Shown piece after piece: positions 1 through 10,281 of a stretch of DNA of 64,000 nt (position 1 is the stretch's first letter; each line of letters opens with the position of its first letter). The DNA is taken from NCBI GenBank assembly GCA_039811685.1, contig JBDHZC010000001.1:736001-800000 (forward strand). Reading direction: 5' to 3'. Source of the stretch: Armatimonadota bacterium (GTDB lineage: Bacteria > Armatimonadota > UBA5829 > DSUL01). Both the position numbers and the translations under genes were made by a program. The notes beneath the pieces were generated by a model. The model saw only the letters and a program-made list of their open reading frames with translations. It ran no database searches and was not told the origin of the DNA.

Positions 1-1
1 A

Positions 2-1135
2 GGGTACTAACCGCGTGACCTTGCCGTTGACAACGTCCCCAATATGGAATCGCTCCCCGACGCCCTGCCACGGATCCGGCAGAATCTGGCGCATACCCAG
101 AGAGACGCGACCAGACTCAAGATTCATCTTGAGCACCATCACCTGGATTTTCTGTCCAACCTTGGCAGCCTCACTCGGATGGTTGATCCGGGTCCAGGAC
201 ATCTCACTGATGTGCAGCAGGCCGTCAATTCCGCCAAGGTCGACAAAGGCGCCGTAGTCGGTGATGCGTCGCACCACGCCAGTGCGAATTTGCCCCTCGG
301 CCAGCGTTTCGAGCGTCTCTGAGCGCTTCTTCTCCCGCTCCTCCTCAATGGCGTTGCGGTGAGAAAGCACCACTTTGCGTCGCTCCCGGTCCACTTCAAT
401 GACTTTCAGAGGCAAAGACTGACCGATGAACTTGTCCAGGTTCTGGACTTTTCCGCTGCCCACATGGGAGGCTGGAACGAAACCGCGTATGCCAAGGTCT
501 ACGACCAGACCGCCCTTGACGCGGTCGCTAACCATAGCGGTAAGCACCTTGCCCGACTTGCTGGCCTCTTCAACCCGCTCCCACGCAACTTCGAAGTCGG
601 CGCGCTTCTTGGAGAGAAGGAGTTGTCCGTCCTGGCTTTCAGTCTCCAGCACGTAGACTTTAATGCGTTCGCCAACGGAGACTACGTCTTCGGGGTTCTG
701 GAAGGGATCACGCGTGAGTTCATTCATCCGGATGACGCCTTCGGACTTCATCCCGACGTCAACCAGAACTCCCTCGCGGTCGATGTGAACGACTATTCCC
801 TCGACCACATCGTGCTCGCGCAAAGCCTGAAACGTCCCCGAGTAGTCCACCCGCCTCTTCTCGACCGGCATCTCTCTGAGAGCCTCTTCGAAGGCGTCTG
901 CGTCAGACATTGTCACATCGGGCTCCTCACTGGACCCAGTCTGCACGCGATTATTGTCCTCTCCAGTTGACACATCGCCCGACGCAGAGGTGTCCGCCGC
1001 CTGCACGGCAGCGTCCACGTCATCCGGTGGCTCCGGACCCCCGCCACCACCGGCCACGTCGCCCGCTTCCTGGTCTGTCACGGCAGAAAATCCAAGCCGC
1101 AACATCCTCAGCGGGTCGGCCTTGTCCTGGAACAT
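2..1135 (-). CDS. rpsA: 30S ribosomal protein S1 (3' end runs off the window), with acidic N-terminal extension
   Basis: Not in the ORF track because no stop lies in the window. Manual minus-strand translation from ATG 1135 (AGGAG RBS at 1142-1146) gives S1 repeats, e.g. VVEGIVVHIDREGVLVDVGMKSEG and PEDVVSVGERIKVYVLE...LLLSKKRADFEVAWERV. Confidence 0.93.
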   Translation of the reverse strand, partial: MFQDKADPLRMLRLGFSAVTDQEAGDVAGGGGGPEPPDDVDAAVQAADTSASGDVSTGEDNNRVQTGSSEEPDVTMSDADAFEEALREMPVEKRRVDYSGTFQALREHDVVEGIVVHIDREGVLVDVGMKSEGVIRMNELTRDPFQNPEDVVSVGERIKVYVLETESQDGQLLLSKKRADFEVAWERVEEASKSGKVLTAMVSDRVKGGLVVDLGIRGFVPASHVGSGKVQNLDKFIGQSLPLKVIEVDRERRKVVLSHRNAIEEEREKKRSETLETLAEGQIRTGVVRRITDYGAFVDLGGIDGLLHISEMSWTRINHPSEAAKVGQKIQVMVLKMNLESGRVSLGMRQILPDPWQGVGERFHIGDVVNGKVTRLVP

Positions 1136-1309
1136 AACGTACTCCTTCTCCGCAAAAGGCAGCCGGCATAACGATTGCCGACATCCTGAAGGCCTTCTGC
1201 AATGCAATGTCGATTTGTTGGGCGCATCCGCACCCTGTAAGTTGCCCCACTCCTGTTGAGGAGCCGCCGCGACTGCAGCGCATCAACCTACTGAAGAGCA
1301 GGACTAATT

Positions 1310-1338
1310 ATTCTAGCAGACGTTGCTTTGTTCTACAA
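1310..1338 (-). promoter_or_regulatory. Putative sigma70 promoter of rpsA
   Basis: TTGTAG-17bp-TAGAAT with a TG extended -10, about 175 nt upstream of the start codon. Confidence 0.5.
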
Positions 1339-1425
1339 CAGCCCAAGCATTCCTCTGTCATAGAAAAAACAGCCTACGATTCTGTTTTAATAGCGCTGTC
1401 AGGCATATTCGCGCAACTGCGAAAT

Positions 1426-4092
1426 TCACGAACAGAGCTGCATGTCCCGCCAGTTCAACCCACACTTGACGTCGGCGACAAGCGGAACAGCCAGATGGCA
1501 GACGCATTCCATCTCCCGCTTGACAACGGGGACGATTTCGCTGATCGCGTCTTTGTCAGCGTCAAACACAAGCTCATCGTGCACCTGCAGCACCATGGTC
1601 GCCTTCGCGTCTCTGAAGAGCTTGTCCAGGCTGATCATCGCGAGCTTGATTATATCTGCCGCTGTCCCCTGCAGGGGGGCGTTGAAGGCCGCCCGCTCCG
1701 CGTTGGCGCGCACATTGCGATCGCCGGCGTGAAGTTCCGGAAACCAGCGCTTTCGTCCAAAAAGCGTGGAGACGTAGCCTTCCACTCGCGCCCGCTCCAG
1801 CACTCGCTCGTTGAACTCCTTGACTCGGGGATACTGCGCAAAATACTTCTCAATATAGGACTGAGCTTCGGAGACGCTGATGCCCAATTCTCTGGAAAGG
1901 CCAAAGTTGCTCTTGCCGTAGATAACGCTGAAATTGATCGTCTTTGCCCGCCGGCGCATCTCCGGGCTTACGTCGGCAGCAACCACACCAAACAAAGCGC
2001 AAGCGGTGCGAACGTGAATATCTTCACCCGCAGTGTAGCAGCGAATGAGCTCCTCGTCTCCAGACATATGCGCCAGCAGGCGCAGTTCAATCTGTGAATA
2101 GTCAGCAGAGATCAGCTCGCAGCCCGGTGCGGCCACAAACGAAGCCCGAATCTTCCTTCCAAGCTCTGAGCGAACAGGGATATTCTGCAGATTGGGATCA
2201 CTCGACGACAAACGCCCTGTCGCCGCTCCCGTCTGGTTGAGGCTTGTGTGAATTCTGCCGGTGGTCTTGTCCACCAGATTGGGCAGCGCATCGGCGTAGG
2301 CGCCCTTCAGCTTGGTCAATTCGCGCCACTGCAGTACCCTGGCAGCAATCTCGAAGTCGCCAGCCAGGGACTCCAGTGTCTGAGCGTCAGTGGAATATCC
2401 GGTCTTGGTGCGTTTTCCGGAGGGAAGCTGCAGCTTCTCGAAAAGAACAGAACCAAGCTGTCTCGGCGATCCGATGCTGAACTCAGTTCCAGCCAGTTCA
2501 TAGATATCTCTTTCGAGAGAAGCGATCTCAGAGGCCATCTCCTGAGACAAAGCCCGGAGTCCATCGGAGTCAATCCCAACGCCCACTTGTTGCATTCGCG
2601 CCAGAACAGGGCTGAGCGGCAGTTCGATATCCGCATACACTTTCTGGAGGCTCTCAGAGTCAATACGATCTCGCAGAACTTTACGGAGCAACCGGACCAG
2701 AGCCGCCTTGCGCGCCGAGCGGCTCAGGGCATCGTCTTCGGGCAACTCCAGTCCGAGATGCTGCATGGCCAGCCATTCCAGATCGTAGCTGCCCCGGCCG
2801 GGTTGCAGCAGAAAGCCGGCCAGCATCGTATCATCCTGACAAGCTGCCAGATTGACACCGCACGTGGCGAGCAGGAGTTGCGCTCTCTTAGCGTCGTGTG
2901 TGGCTTTGGGGCGCTCGAGTGAGGCGAACAGATCAGAGAACTGTTGAGGCTGGACGGAAAAGCTCCCGTCAAGTGCGTCACCCAGGCTGGACTGCGCACG
3001 GCTTTCAGAGCGCACAGCCACCGCCCAGCAGGCCGAATCCGTCGCAAAAGAAAAAGAGACAGGGCGGAAATCAGAGTCCGCATCGATCCAGAAAGAGACG
3101 ACCTCTTCACCCTCGATCGCCAGAAGCATTTTGCGCAGGTCCGGCTCAGAGGGGATGAGGTGGACGGGCGGAAGGCTCTGCGACTGGGCAACTCCAGTCG
3201 CCTCCGGAGGCGCAGACGCGCCCGGAAGACGCTTCAGCAGAGTCTCAAACTCCAGTGAGCGGAACAACTGTTCCGCTTCTCCGGGCATTCTGGAACTGGA
3301 TGGCAGTTCGCTGATGTCAACGTCCAGCGGCATATCCGTGATGATGGTCGCCAGCATTTTGGACATGGCCAGTTGATCCCTGGAGTTTTCCAGCGAGTCT
3401 TTTACCTTGCTGGGCGGCAGGTCATCCAACCTGGCAAGGAGCTCTTCCACGCTGCCGTACTGTTGCACCAGTCTGGAAGCTGTCTTGTCCCCGATCCCGG
3501 GGACGCCAGGGATATTATCGGACGCGTCGCCCTTCAGGGCCTTGTAGTCAACAAATTGCCGCGGGTGCAGACCATACCGCTCTTCAACAGCTTCCGGCGT
3601 ATAGACGGTGACGTCTGAGACACCTCTGGTGGTGGTAGCGACGCGTATGTGGTCCGAAACAAGCTGCAGCTCGTCGAGATCTCCCGTAACAATAAGGACT
3701 TCATAGCCAGTCTGCTCGGCGCGCGTTGCGCAGGTCCCGACAATATCGTCCGCTTCGTAACCCGGCTGCTCAAGCACGAGAGCGCCCAACGCTCGCGCCA
3801 GGTCTCGCGCAATGCCCACCTGAGAAATCAGCTCATCCGGCGTCTCTTTGCGAGTGCCCTTGTATTCCTCATACACCTCGTGCCGAAACGTTTTTGCTGG
3901 AGCATCGAAAGCGACAATGAATGCCTGAGGGCTGACCTGCCCTAACAGTCTCAGCAGCATCGTCGCGAAGCCGTACAGGGCGTTCGTGGGCTGCCCCTGT
4001 CGCGTGCTCAGGTACTTTACTGCGTAGAAAGCCCGGTATAGCAGGCTGTTGCCGTCGACAATCAGGCAGGTCTTTTCCTGGGGGGAACTCAA
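1426..4092 (-). CDS. polA: DNA polymerase I
   Basis: 5'-3' exonuclease N-terminus (LIVDGNSLLYRAFY, YEADD, GDASDNIPGVPGIG) and family A motifs (ADYSQIELR, RRRAKTINFSVIYG, LQVHDEL). Confidence 0.98.
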   Translation of the reverse strand: MSSPQEKTCLIVDGNSLLYRAFYAVKYLSTRQGQPTNALYGFATMLLRLLGQVSPQAFIVAFDAPAKTFRHEVYEEYKGTRKETPDELISQVGIARDLARALGALVLEQPGYEADDIVGTCATRAEQTGYEVLIVTGDLDELQLVSDHIRVATTTRGVSDVTVYTPEAVEERYGLHPRQFVDYKALKGDASDNIPGVPGIGDKTASRLVQQYGSVEELLARLDDLPPSKVKDSLENSRDQLAMSKMLATIITDMPLDVDISELPSSSRMPGEAEQLFRSLEFETLLKRLPGASAPPEATGVAQSQSLPPVHLIPSEPDLRKMLLAIEGEEVVSFWIDADSDFRPVSFSFATDSACWAVAVRSESRAQSSLGDALDGSFSVQPQQFSDLFASLERPKATHDAKRAQLLLATCGVNLAACQDDTMLAGFLLQPGRGSYDLEWLAMQHLGLELPEDDALSRSARKAALVRLLRKVLRDRIDSESLQKVYADIELPLSPVLARMQQVGVGIDSDGLRALSQEMASEIASLERDIYELAGTEFSIGSPRQLGSVLFEKLQLPSGKRTKTGYSTDAQTLESLAGDFEIAARVLQWRELTKLKGAYADALPNLVDKTTGRIHTSLNQTGAATGRLSSSDPNLQNIPVRSELGRKIRASFVAAPGCELISADYSQIELRLLAHMSGDEELIRCYTAGEDIHVRTACALFGVVAADVSPEMRRRAKTINFSVIYGKSNFGLSRELGISVSEAQSYIEKYFAQYPRVKEFNERVLERARVEGYVSTLFGRKRWFPELHAGDRNVRANAERAAFNAPLQGTAADIIKLAMISLDKLFRDAKATMVLQVHDELVFDADKDAISEIVPVVKREMECVCHLAVPLVADVKCGLNWRDMQLCS

Positions 4093-5144
4093 CGGGTTCT
4101 CAAACTCTCCAACCCCACCTCCTCAGAGGCGCCCGGCATGTTGATGACGACCTTCGGCTGAATGTTGAACTTGCTCTCAGCAAGAGTCTCCCAGAAGCTG
4201 CGCTTTACTTTCCATAGAGGTGGCTCACCGCTGATGCCTGCGCGTTTGCCCGCCGCGCGGATTGCATCCTGAAACGTGCCAATCTGGTCCACCAGCCGGG
4301 CGGCTTTGGCCTGTCCGCCAGTCAGCACACGCCCGTCGGCGATCTTCATCAGCGCCGGCATGGTAAGCCCCTTGCTTTTTCGCGCTTCAAAGACATCGTT
4401 CACAAACTGATGGTAGATGTCGAGAATCATAGCTTTGGCCATCTTGTTCTCTTCCTCTGTGAGGGAGCGGTTGGGGCCAAACATATCTTTGTGGACGCCG
4501 CTTTTCACGACCTGCGGATTGAAACCGATCTTCTTGAACAAAGCGCTCATGTCTGTGCTTTGCATAATCACGCCGATACTTCCCGTGATGGTTCCGTTAT
4601 TGGCGTAGATCTCGTCGGCGGCTGAGGCGACGTAGTATCCGCCGGAGGCCGCCAGGTCGGCCATTGATACAACCACGGGCTTGCCCCCACGGCGTATCCG
4701 TATCACTTCCTGATAGATCTCCTGAGAAGCAGAAGCGCTGCCACCTGGTGAGTTTATCCGCAACACAATGGCCTTGACAGATTTGTCTGAATCCGCGGCT
4801 CGCAGGTCTCTTATAATGCCTTCCGACGAGGCAGATGACGCCGAAAGCAGCCCACCTTCCGGAGATGAGACAATCGCACCGGTCACATAGACAACCGCGA
4901 CTTTGTCCCCAAAAGGCTTGGTGGAACCGGACGAGACGAGCGCAGCGATCGCACTCCAGAAGAGAATGAAAACACCAATCAGGCCGAGACATCCACAGCC
5001 AAATATCCACGGCCAGGGACTCGATCTTCGAGCCTGCGCCACCGGCGCGGCTGGAGGAGGCATCACTCCACCTCCCGGTACTACCCCCGAAGGTGGTGGC
5101 GGGGCGGGAGACTGCGAAGAAGCTACATTCTGTTCGTCGTCCAT
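4089..5144 (-). CDS. sppA: Signal peptide peptidase SppA (S49)
   Basis: LRINSPGGS, AASGGYY, GSIGV motifs and an N-terminal TM. Start placed at MDDEQ (5144). Overlaps the polA start by 4 bp. Confidence 0.93.
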   Translation of the reverse strand: MDDEQNVASSQSPAPPPPSGVVPGGGVMPPPAAPVAQARRSSPWPWIFGCGCLGLIGVFILFWSAIAALVSSGSTKPFGDKVAVVYVTGAIVSSPEGGLLSASSASSEGIIRDLRAADSDKSVKAIVLRINSPGGSASASQEIYQEVIRIRRGGKPVVVSMADLAASGGYYVASAADEIYANNGTITGSIGVIMQSTDMSALFKKIGFNPQVVKSGVHKDMFGPNRSLTEEENKMAKAMILDIYHQFVNDVFEARKSKGLTMPALMKIADGRVLTGGQAKAARLVDQIGTFQDAIRAAGKRAGISGEPPLWKVKRSFWETLAESKFNIQPKVVINMPGASEEVGLESLRTR

Positions 5145-5352
5145 TTTTTCTCCAGAGCCACCACGCGCTTCAACAAAGCATCGCGACGCACGCGAGTGGA
5201 ATCTTTCGCAGTTGGCTCCAGAGAATGATACAAGACAACAGGTCCAGGCGTCCTGCGTCATTTTGAACGCGCAGCTCAGGAATGACACGATGGGGTGCGT
5301 AAGTATCTGGTCGTGCGCAGAGGAAGCGGCGCGAAGCTAGCGCCAAATGCAA

Positions 5353-5433
5353 TGCCGAAGGCGGGAGTCGAACCCGCACGGGTTGCCCCAACGGTTTTTG
5401 AGACCGCCGCGTCTGCCATTCCGCCACTTCGGC
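5353..5433 (-). tRNA. tRNA-Leu(CAA)
   Basis: GCCGAAGTGGCGGAATGGCAGACGC...GCGGT-CTCAAAA-ACCGT, long variable arm, GGTTCGACTCCC. CCA is not encoded. Confidence 0.96.
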
Positions 5434-5470
5434 CTGAAACGAGCGAATGAGAGGAGAATCCGTCCGCCGG

Positions 5471-5500
5471 ATTATACGGACGCGGCCTCGCGCGTGTCAA
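5471..5500 (-). promoter_or_regulatory. sigma70 promoter of tRNA-Leu
   Basis: Consensus TTGACA-18bp-TATAAT. Confidence 0.8.
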
Positions 5501-5602
5501 GCGCCGGCACGTCTAACCTCGCCTATTCGGCCGGCACTCAGCGAAAGGATTCGAGAAGCGGGCGTCCATACCCAGCAAATATACCTAATCTGTGGGCTTT
5601 CG

Positions 5603-5631
5603 TTGACACCGCCTGGACCTGGCCGTATCAT
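5603..5631 (+). promoter_or_regulatory. sigma70 promoter of the large secreted protein
   Basis: TTGACA-17bp-TATCAT, 50 bp upstream of ATG 5682, divergent from the tRNA promoter. Confidence 0.7.
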
Positions 5632-5681
5632 GGTAGAGACTGATTACTGTACTGCCTATTCCTTGCCACCCGGAGCTATAC

Positions 5682-8600
5682 ATGCTGAAGCTTTGGCGCA
5701 ACCCGGCGACGGACTCCGCCGTGACAAGCCTGCCGCTGAGACAAATCCGCCATGATGCCAAAACTGTTGCGCAGTACCAGGCCGATTGCAGGAAGATCGG
5801 CCTGGCAGTACTCGCCGCAGCATTGTTGCCCTGGCCTTCAGCATCTCTGGCACAATCCTTTCACACTAACCTGACCCAAGTCAACGCACAAACTCTCAGC
5901 TTCACGCTCACCAACGACTACCCTCTCTCGAGCGCCCAGAGTGTTTTTGATTTGCGCTTCGCGCTGTCAGGAACCGGTGAACCAGCGATTCAAGGACAGG
6001 CAGCGGGAGCTGTCCCGGAACAACACTGGTGGGTCATGCCACAGAGCGATCCGTCTCAGATGGACTGGTTCGACCCTGATGAATCCAGCCAGGGGAATGT
6101 TTTTCCCGGCGAGACACTTGGGCCGTTCATTGTGCGCCTGTTCAGGCCAATCCCTCTGAGCCAGCCTGCGGGATCGTTCTACTATTTTGCGGCGTTTTTT
6201 GACAACAACTCCGGCAACATCAATCAGCAGATCCTTCTCCACTCCCGCCCGGCCGCAGCGACGCATGTTATGTCAATCAACAGCCCGACTACTTCCTGGT
6301 ATGTGCGGCCAGGGGAGACTGTGGACGTCAGTGTCGCTCAGTTCAACCACAATACGCCCGTAAACGGATATCAGGCCTTCCTGCAGTATGACACAGGCAC
6401 TCTGGAACTGTTGAGCGCAACCTATACAGCGTCTCCCTACCAGATGCACATTCAAAATCCGATTCCAGTTATAGACGGCAAAATCAATCTGGACGGACAG
6501 GTGCAGCCATTCGGCAGCACCACTACGCAGGAAGGCGCTCTGGCGTCGCTGCAGTTCCGTGTCCCTCAGGGCACTGCGGACGGCATCACTTACGTGACTT
6601 TTCGTCAGTTTGCACTGCCAACTCAGTTCTCGGACGCAAACGGCGGCGTGCCCGCAACTCTGGTGGACAGCCCGCCGATTGTGATAGACGGCACGCCACC
6701 CGCAGTCAACTGCCCACCGGATATCGTTGCGAACGTAGCCGCTGGCAAATGCAACGCGACTGTCGCACTCACTCTACCGTCACCTGTGGATGCGCTTTCA
6801 GGAGTTGAAGGACTCACTGCTGTTCGCAGCGACAACAACGCTATCTTTGGGCAGCAGGCATTCAATGCGCCCTATCCAGTTGGGACGACGACAATTACTT
6901 GGACAGTTTCTGACCGCGCCGGCAATCAGGCACAGTGCGTTCAGCATGTCACCGTTGTTGACAACCGGCCACCGACCATTCAATGTCCGGCCGACATTAC
7001 TGTTTACGCCGCGCCTGGCGCGACGTCTGCAGTCGTTACGTTCAATGTGTCAGGCACAGACAACTGCGGACCGCCAACCATCTCTTCGACACCGGCAAGT
7101 GGATCGAGTTTTCCTCTCGGGCAGACCACTGTAAACTCCACAGCCAGCGATGGACACGGCAATTCTGTAAGTTGCAGCTTCAAGGTGACGGTAGTCCCCA
7201 GCGTTGCCCTGACGCAGATTGACCCGCAAACCTTCCGTTTCACAATCTGCAACTGGTATCCCGGTGGAGACAGCAGAAAGCTGACGGGTTTTTCGGCAGC
7301 TCTCTCCCAAATGGGCGTCGAGCCTGATATACTCGGGACCGCCGCTGGACCGATTCCGGACAGCCACTGGATGGCGCCGCCGGGTGGAGACATCAGAACA
7401 GTAGAATGGCTCGGCCCGCTTACTGGCGGCGCTGGCGCAGTGCCGCCACAGAACTGTCTGGATGGCTTCACAGTACGCTTGCCCCGTCCAATTCCGCTGA
7501 CTCAACCGGCCGGAGAATTCAATCTGACGCTCGGCTTCTGGAACTCCACAACCAGTTCAAACGAGGCGCAGACAGCGCAAATAGCCCGGCCTGCTTCGGT
7601 TGAGAACGTCCTGTCTGTCAACGCGCCGCCGTCCTCGCTGTTTGTCAAAGCGGGCGAGCAGGTGGACATCACTCTGGATCAGTTCAATCTGACGACTCCG
7701 GTCAACGGCTACCAAGCCTTTCTGGCTTTTGACAGCGCAAAGCTCACATTCTTGAACGCCGCATATTCCACAGACCCGTACAATACGCACGTGATTGATC
7801 CGCCTGTCGCCGCTTCCGGAGCTATTGATCTGGATGGTCAGATACAGCCATTTGGTTCTACGACAACTTCTGATGCGAAGCTGGCTGATTTCCACTTTGA
7901 GGTTCCGGCCGGGACTCCAGACTCAACGACCCAGGTGAGTTTCCGTCAGGGAGACATCCCCACACTTTTTTCGGATGCAGAAGGTGGAGTAACCCCAGTC
8001 CTGGTTAATGGTCCAACGATTGTGATCGACAGCACGCCTCCTGTGATCACCTGCCCTGCCAACATCACAGCCCCAGCAGCGCAGGGCCAGTGCTCGGCTT
8101 CAGTTTCCGTGACCGCTGCGACAGCAACAGATGCCTTGTCGGGAGTTGAGAGTATTGCGGGAATGCGAAGCGACAATGGAGCTACGACGGCGGATGCAGC
8201 CTTCAACGACCCATTTCCTTTGGGCTCAACCACCATAATCTGGACGGCGACCGATCGCGCCGGGAATTCCTCATCGTGCCAGCAAACTGTCACTGTCACA
8301 GATAACCAGCCGCCGAGCATCACCTGCCCGGCAAACATTACGGTTTACGCTGACCCGGGGTCCTCCAGCGCCGTTGTCGAGTTCAGCGCAAACGCGTCGG
8401 ACGACTGTGGCACACCTGTTGTTACCTGCACCCCGGCCAGCGGGAGCGCATTTCCCGTTGGGACGACCCATGTGCAGTGCGTTGCGGACGACGGACATGG
8501 GAACACAGCTTCGTGCAGCTTTGACGTCACTGTTCTCGCGGAAAACCAGGTTACGCTGTCCGTGGAATTGGAAGAGATCACCCCTACTGAGGTAACGCGG

Positions 8601-9182
8601 TGCATCACATTCACCTTCGGCGGCAGCGGTGGTGACCGGAATCCGTACGTGGTGAATCAAACGGCAATCTTCGTCAACCGCACCGCGACGTTTCAACTTA
8701 CTATTCCGTCCGGGGCTGTCTGGAATCGCGTCTCTGCCAAAGACCAGAAGCACACCCTGCGCAGAACAGTGGACCTCACGGTGGAAAACAAGCATTACAC
8801 CGCATCGTTCACTGGCGCAAAGAGACTGTTGGGTGGCGACCTGACCAATGACAACGCGGTTGATATTGCGGATTTTGGCGTCTTTGCCGGGCAATTCGGA
8901 CAGGCTCTTCCGCCGGCGTCGTGCGGATTCAACGGCTATCAGTCGGACATCAGTGGCAACGGCACCGTGGGCAGCGATGACTTCAGCTATATCATGGTGC
9001 ACTTCCTGCAGTTTGGTGACGACGCACCGGGCAAAGCGGCGCTTGCCTCCCTCCCTGTGCGCACTCTGGTTGCCCATGGCATCCCCAACGCCAGAGCAGC
9101 GGACCTGAACAACGATGGGATTGTCAATGCCACGGACGTTCAACTGTTTGCTCAGAAATACATGGGCGCCCGCAAACGCTGA
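5682..9182 (+). CDS. Large secreted protein: 2x(unknown module + cohesin-like + 2 HYR-like) + dockerin-like C-terminus
   Basis: Signal peptide (IGLAVLAAALLPWPSASLA) and an internal duplication. Cohesin-like VNGYQAFLxYD...L; HYR-like PPxIxCPADITV...SGSxFPxGxTxVxxxAxDxxGN; C-terminal Ca-binding loops GDLTNDNAVDIADF, DISGNGTVGSDDF, DLNNDGIVNATDV. Confidence 0.8.
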   Translation: MLKLWRNPATDSAVTSLPLRQIRHDAKTVAQYQADCRKIGLAVLAAALLPWPSASLAQSFHTNLTQVNAQTLSFTLTNDYPLSSAQSVFDLRFALSGTGEPAIQGQAAGAVPEQHWWVMPQSDPSQMDWFDPDESSQGNVFPGETLGPFIVRLFRPIPLSQPAGSFYYFAAFFDNNSGNINQQILLHSRPAAATHVMSINSPTTSWYVRPGETVDVSVAQFNHNTPVNGYQAFLQYDTGTLELLSATYTASPYQMHIQNPIPVIDGKINLDGQVQPFGSTTTQEGALASLQFRVPQGTADGITYVTFRQFALPTQFSDANGGVPATLVDSPPIVIDGTPPAVNCPPDIVANVAAGKCNATVALTLPSPVDALSGVEGLTAVRSDNNAIFGQQAFNAPYPVGTTTITWTVSDRAGNQAQCVQHVTVVDNRPPTIQCPADITVYAAPGATSAVVTFNVSGTDNCGPPTISSTPASGSSFPLGQTTVNSTASDGHGNSVSCSFKVTVVPSVALTQIDPQTFRFTICNWYPGGDSRKLTGFSAALSQMGVEPDILGTAAGPIPDSHWMAPPGGDIRTVEWLGPLTGGAGAVPPQNCLDGFTVRLPRPIPLTQPAGEFNLTLGFWNSTTSSNEAQTAQIARPASVENVLSVNAPPSSLFVKAGEQVDITLDQFNLTTPVNGYQAFLAFDSAKLTFLNAAYSTDPYNTHVIDPPVAASGAIDLDGQIQPFGSTTTSDAKLADFHFEVPAGTPDSTTQVSFRQGDIPTLFSDAEGGVTPVLVNGPTIVIDSTPPVITCPANITAPAAQGQCSASVSVTAATATDALSGVESIAGMRSDNGATTADAAFNDPFPLGSTTIIWTATDRAGNSSSCQQTVTVTDNQPPSITCPANITVYADPGSSSAVVEFSANASDDCGTPVVTCTPASGSAFPVGTTHVQCVADDGHGNTASCSFDVTVLAENQVTLSVELEEITPTEVTRCITFTFGGSGGDRNPYVVNQTAIFVNRTATFQLTIPSGAVWNRVSAKDQKHTLRRTVDLTVENKHYTASFTGAKRLLGGDLTNDNAVDIADFGVFAGQFGQALPPASCGFNGYQSDISGNGTVGSDDFSYIMVHFLQFGDDAPGKAALASLPVRTLVAHGIPNARAADLNNDGIVNATDVQLFAQKYMGARKR

Positions 9183-9342
9183 CATCCGGGCGGCGGCGCT
9201 TGGAAGCCGTTCAGCCGCAGTGACCCGGTCCTCATACTTCCATCCCAAGTATTGGTGGAACGCACCTGGCAACGCGCGGACTGAAGTGGGAATCTGCATA
9301 CCAGTCTGGCGTCTTCCGACGCTGTCTTCGAAGTGAAACAAG

Positions 9343-9372
9343 AAAAAGCCCGGCCTGCAAAGACCGGGCTTT
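9343..9372. terminator. Intrinsic terminator between convergent genes
   Basis: AAAAAGCCCGGCCT-GCAA-AGACCGGGCTTT hairpin with A/T flanks. Confidence 0.8.
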
Positions 9373-9397
9373 GATCAACGCTTGTTAGAGGGAAGGG

Positions 9398-10147
9398 TCA
9401 GCGAGTGCGGCGGCGAAGTCTGAAAGCGCCTGCCAGTCCCATCCCAGCCATTACGATACTGGCTGGCTCCGGCACAGGCGGGGGAGGATTGTCGTTGTGA
9501 TTGCCTCCACCACCTCCTCCTCCGAAGAGTAGCGGAACCAGAAAAGGAAGCGGCGAGACTCCGCGGGAGGCCAGGATCAGGGGCTCAATAGAGGCCACCT
9601 GGGTCTCGGGAAGGATCGAAAGCGGCGCCAGGTCCATCGCAAAAACTGGAGCCGGAGCTGTCGCCATAGACAGCAGATCGCCTCCCTGAGCTGTCAACAA
9701 CAGCGGATTGCTCGTTGCCGGCGGAGCAAGGACCTGGCGCGGCTTGCGAGGCAGGCTTGTGGTCAGCGGGTTACCGCAGGCGGCATCCAGAACCGGGTTG
9801 TTCTTCCAGTCCACGTACACCCAACGCCCCTTGTTCAGTGTTCGCATTTCGCTGATAACCCGGTTGCCACGTCCGAGAAAATAGACACGCCCATGCCATT
9901 CCTTGCTGAGTTGTACAAGCCTGAAATCCGCAAACGCATCTGACACCTGACGAGGTGAAGACTTGTAGAACTCTGAGTATCTCGCTGCGACCGTTTTGTC
10001 TTCGACAACCTGTCGGGACGCATCCGCAGCGCTTTGGACGCGATAGCGCAGAAATGCCCCAGGGGGCGTCCGCTCGGCCCGGCTGATAGAGGGCGCCAGA
10101 GCCAGCGTTGCTGTCAGGGCGATCAGAAGTGGACGGGAGGCTTTCAT
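9398..10147 (-). CDS. PEP-CTERM sorting-domain protein (DUF6777-like CGNP N-domain)
   Basis: Signal peptide, PVLDAACGNPL motif, C-terminal VPEPASIVMAGMGLAGAFRLRRRTR. AAAGGAGG RBS before ATG 10147. Confidence 0.85.
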   Translation of the reverse strand: MKASRPLLIALTATLALAPSISRAERTPPGAFLRYRVQSAADASRQVVEDKTVAARYSEFYKSSPRQVSDAFADFRLVQLSKEWHGRVYFLGRGNRVISEMRTLNKGRWVYVDWKNNPVLDAACGNPLTTSLPRKPRQVLAPPATSNPLLLTAQGGDLLSMATAPAPVFAMDLAPLSILPETQVASIEPLILASRGVSPLPFLVPLLFGGGGGGGNHNDNPPPPVPEPASIVMAGMGLAGAFRLRRRTR

Positions 10148-10281
10148 CAATGCCCCTCCTTTCATGGGTGGCGCCGCGCGTGTCGTTTGTCAACCAGGAG
10201 GTGGGTGAATCCGGGACGGGGAGCGACAGCCAGGACGCGCAGAAGGAATCAGATGAGTTGAATAATTCTATTCAGAGGTAT

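Noticed and set aside
359..970. 203-aa plus-strand ORF and other long antisense ORFs (1207-2097, 8271-9341, 51461-52657, 55656-56663)
   Set aside because: They are shadows of well-supported opposite-strand genes in GC-rich DNA and carry no motifs of their own.
5353..5433. tRNA-anchored genomic island (also considered for tRNA-Ala at 22172)
   Set aside because: No integrase and no duplicated tRNA 3' end seen in the window.
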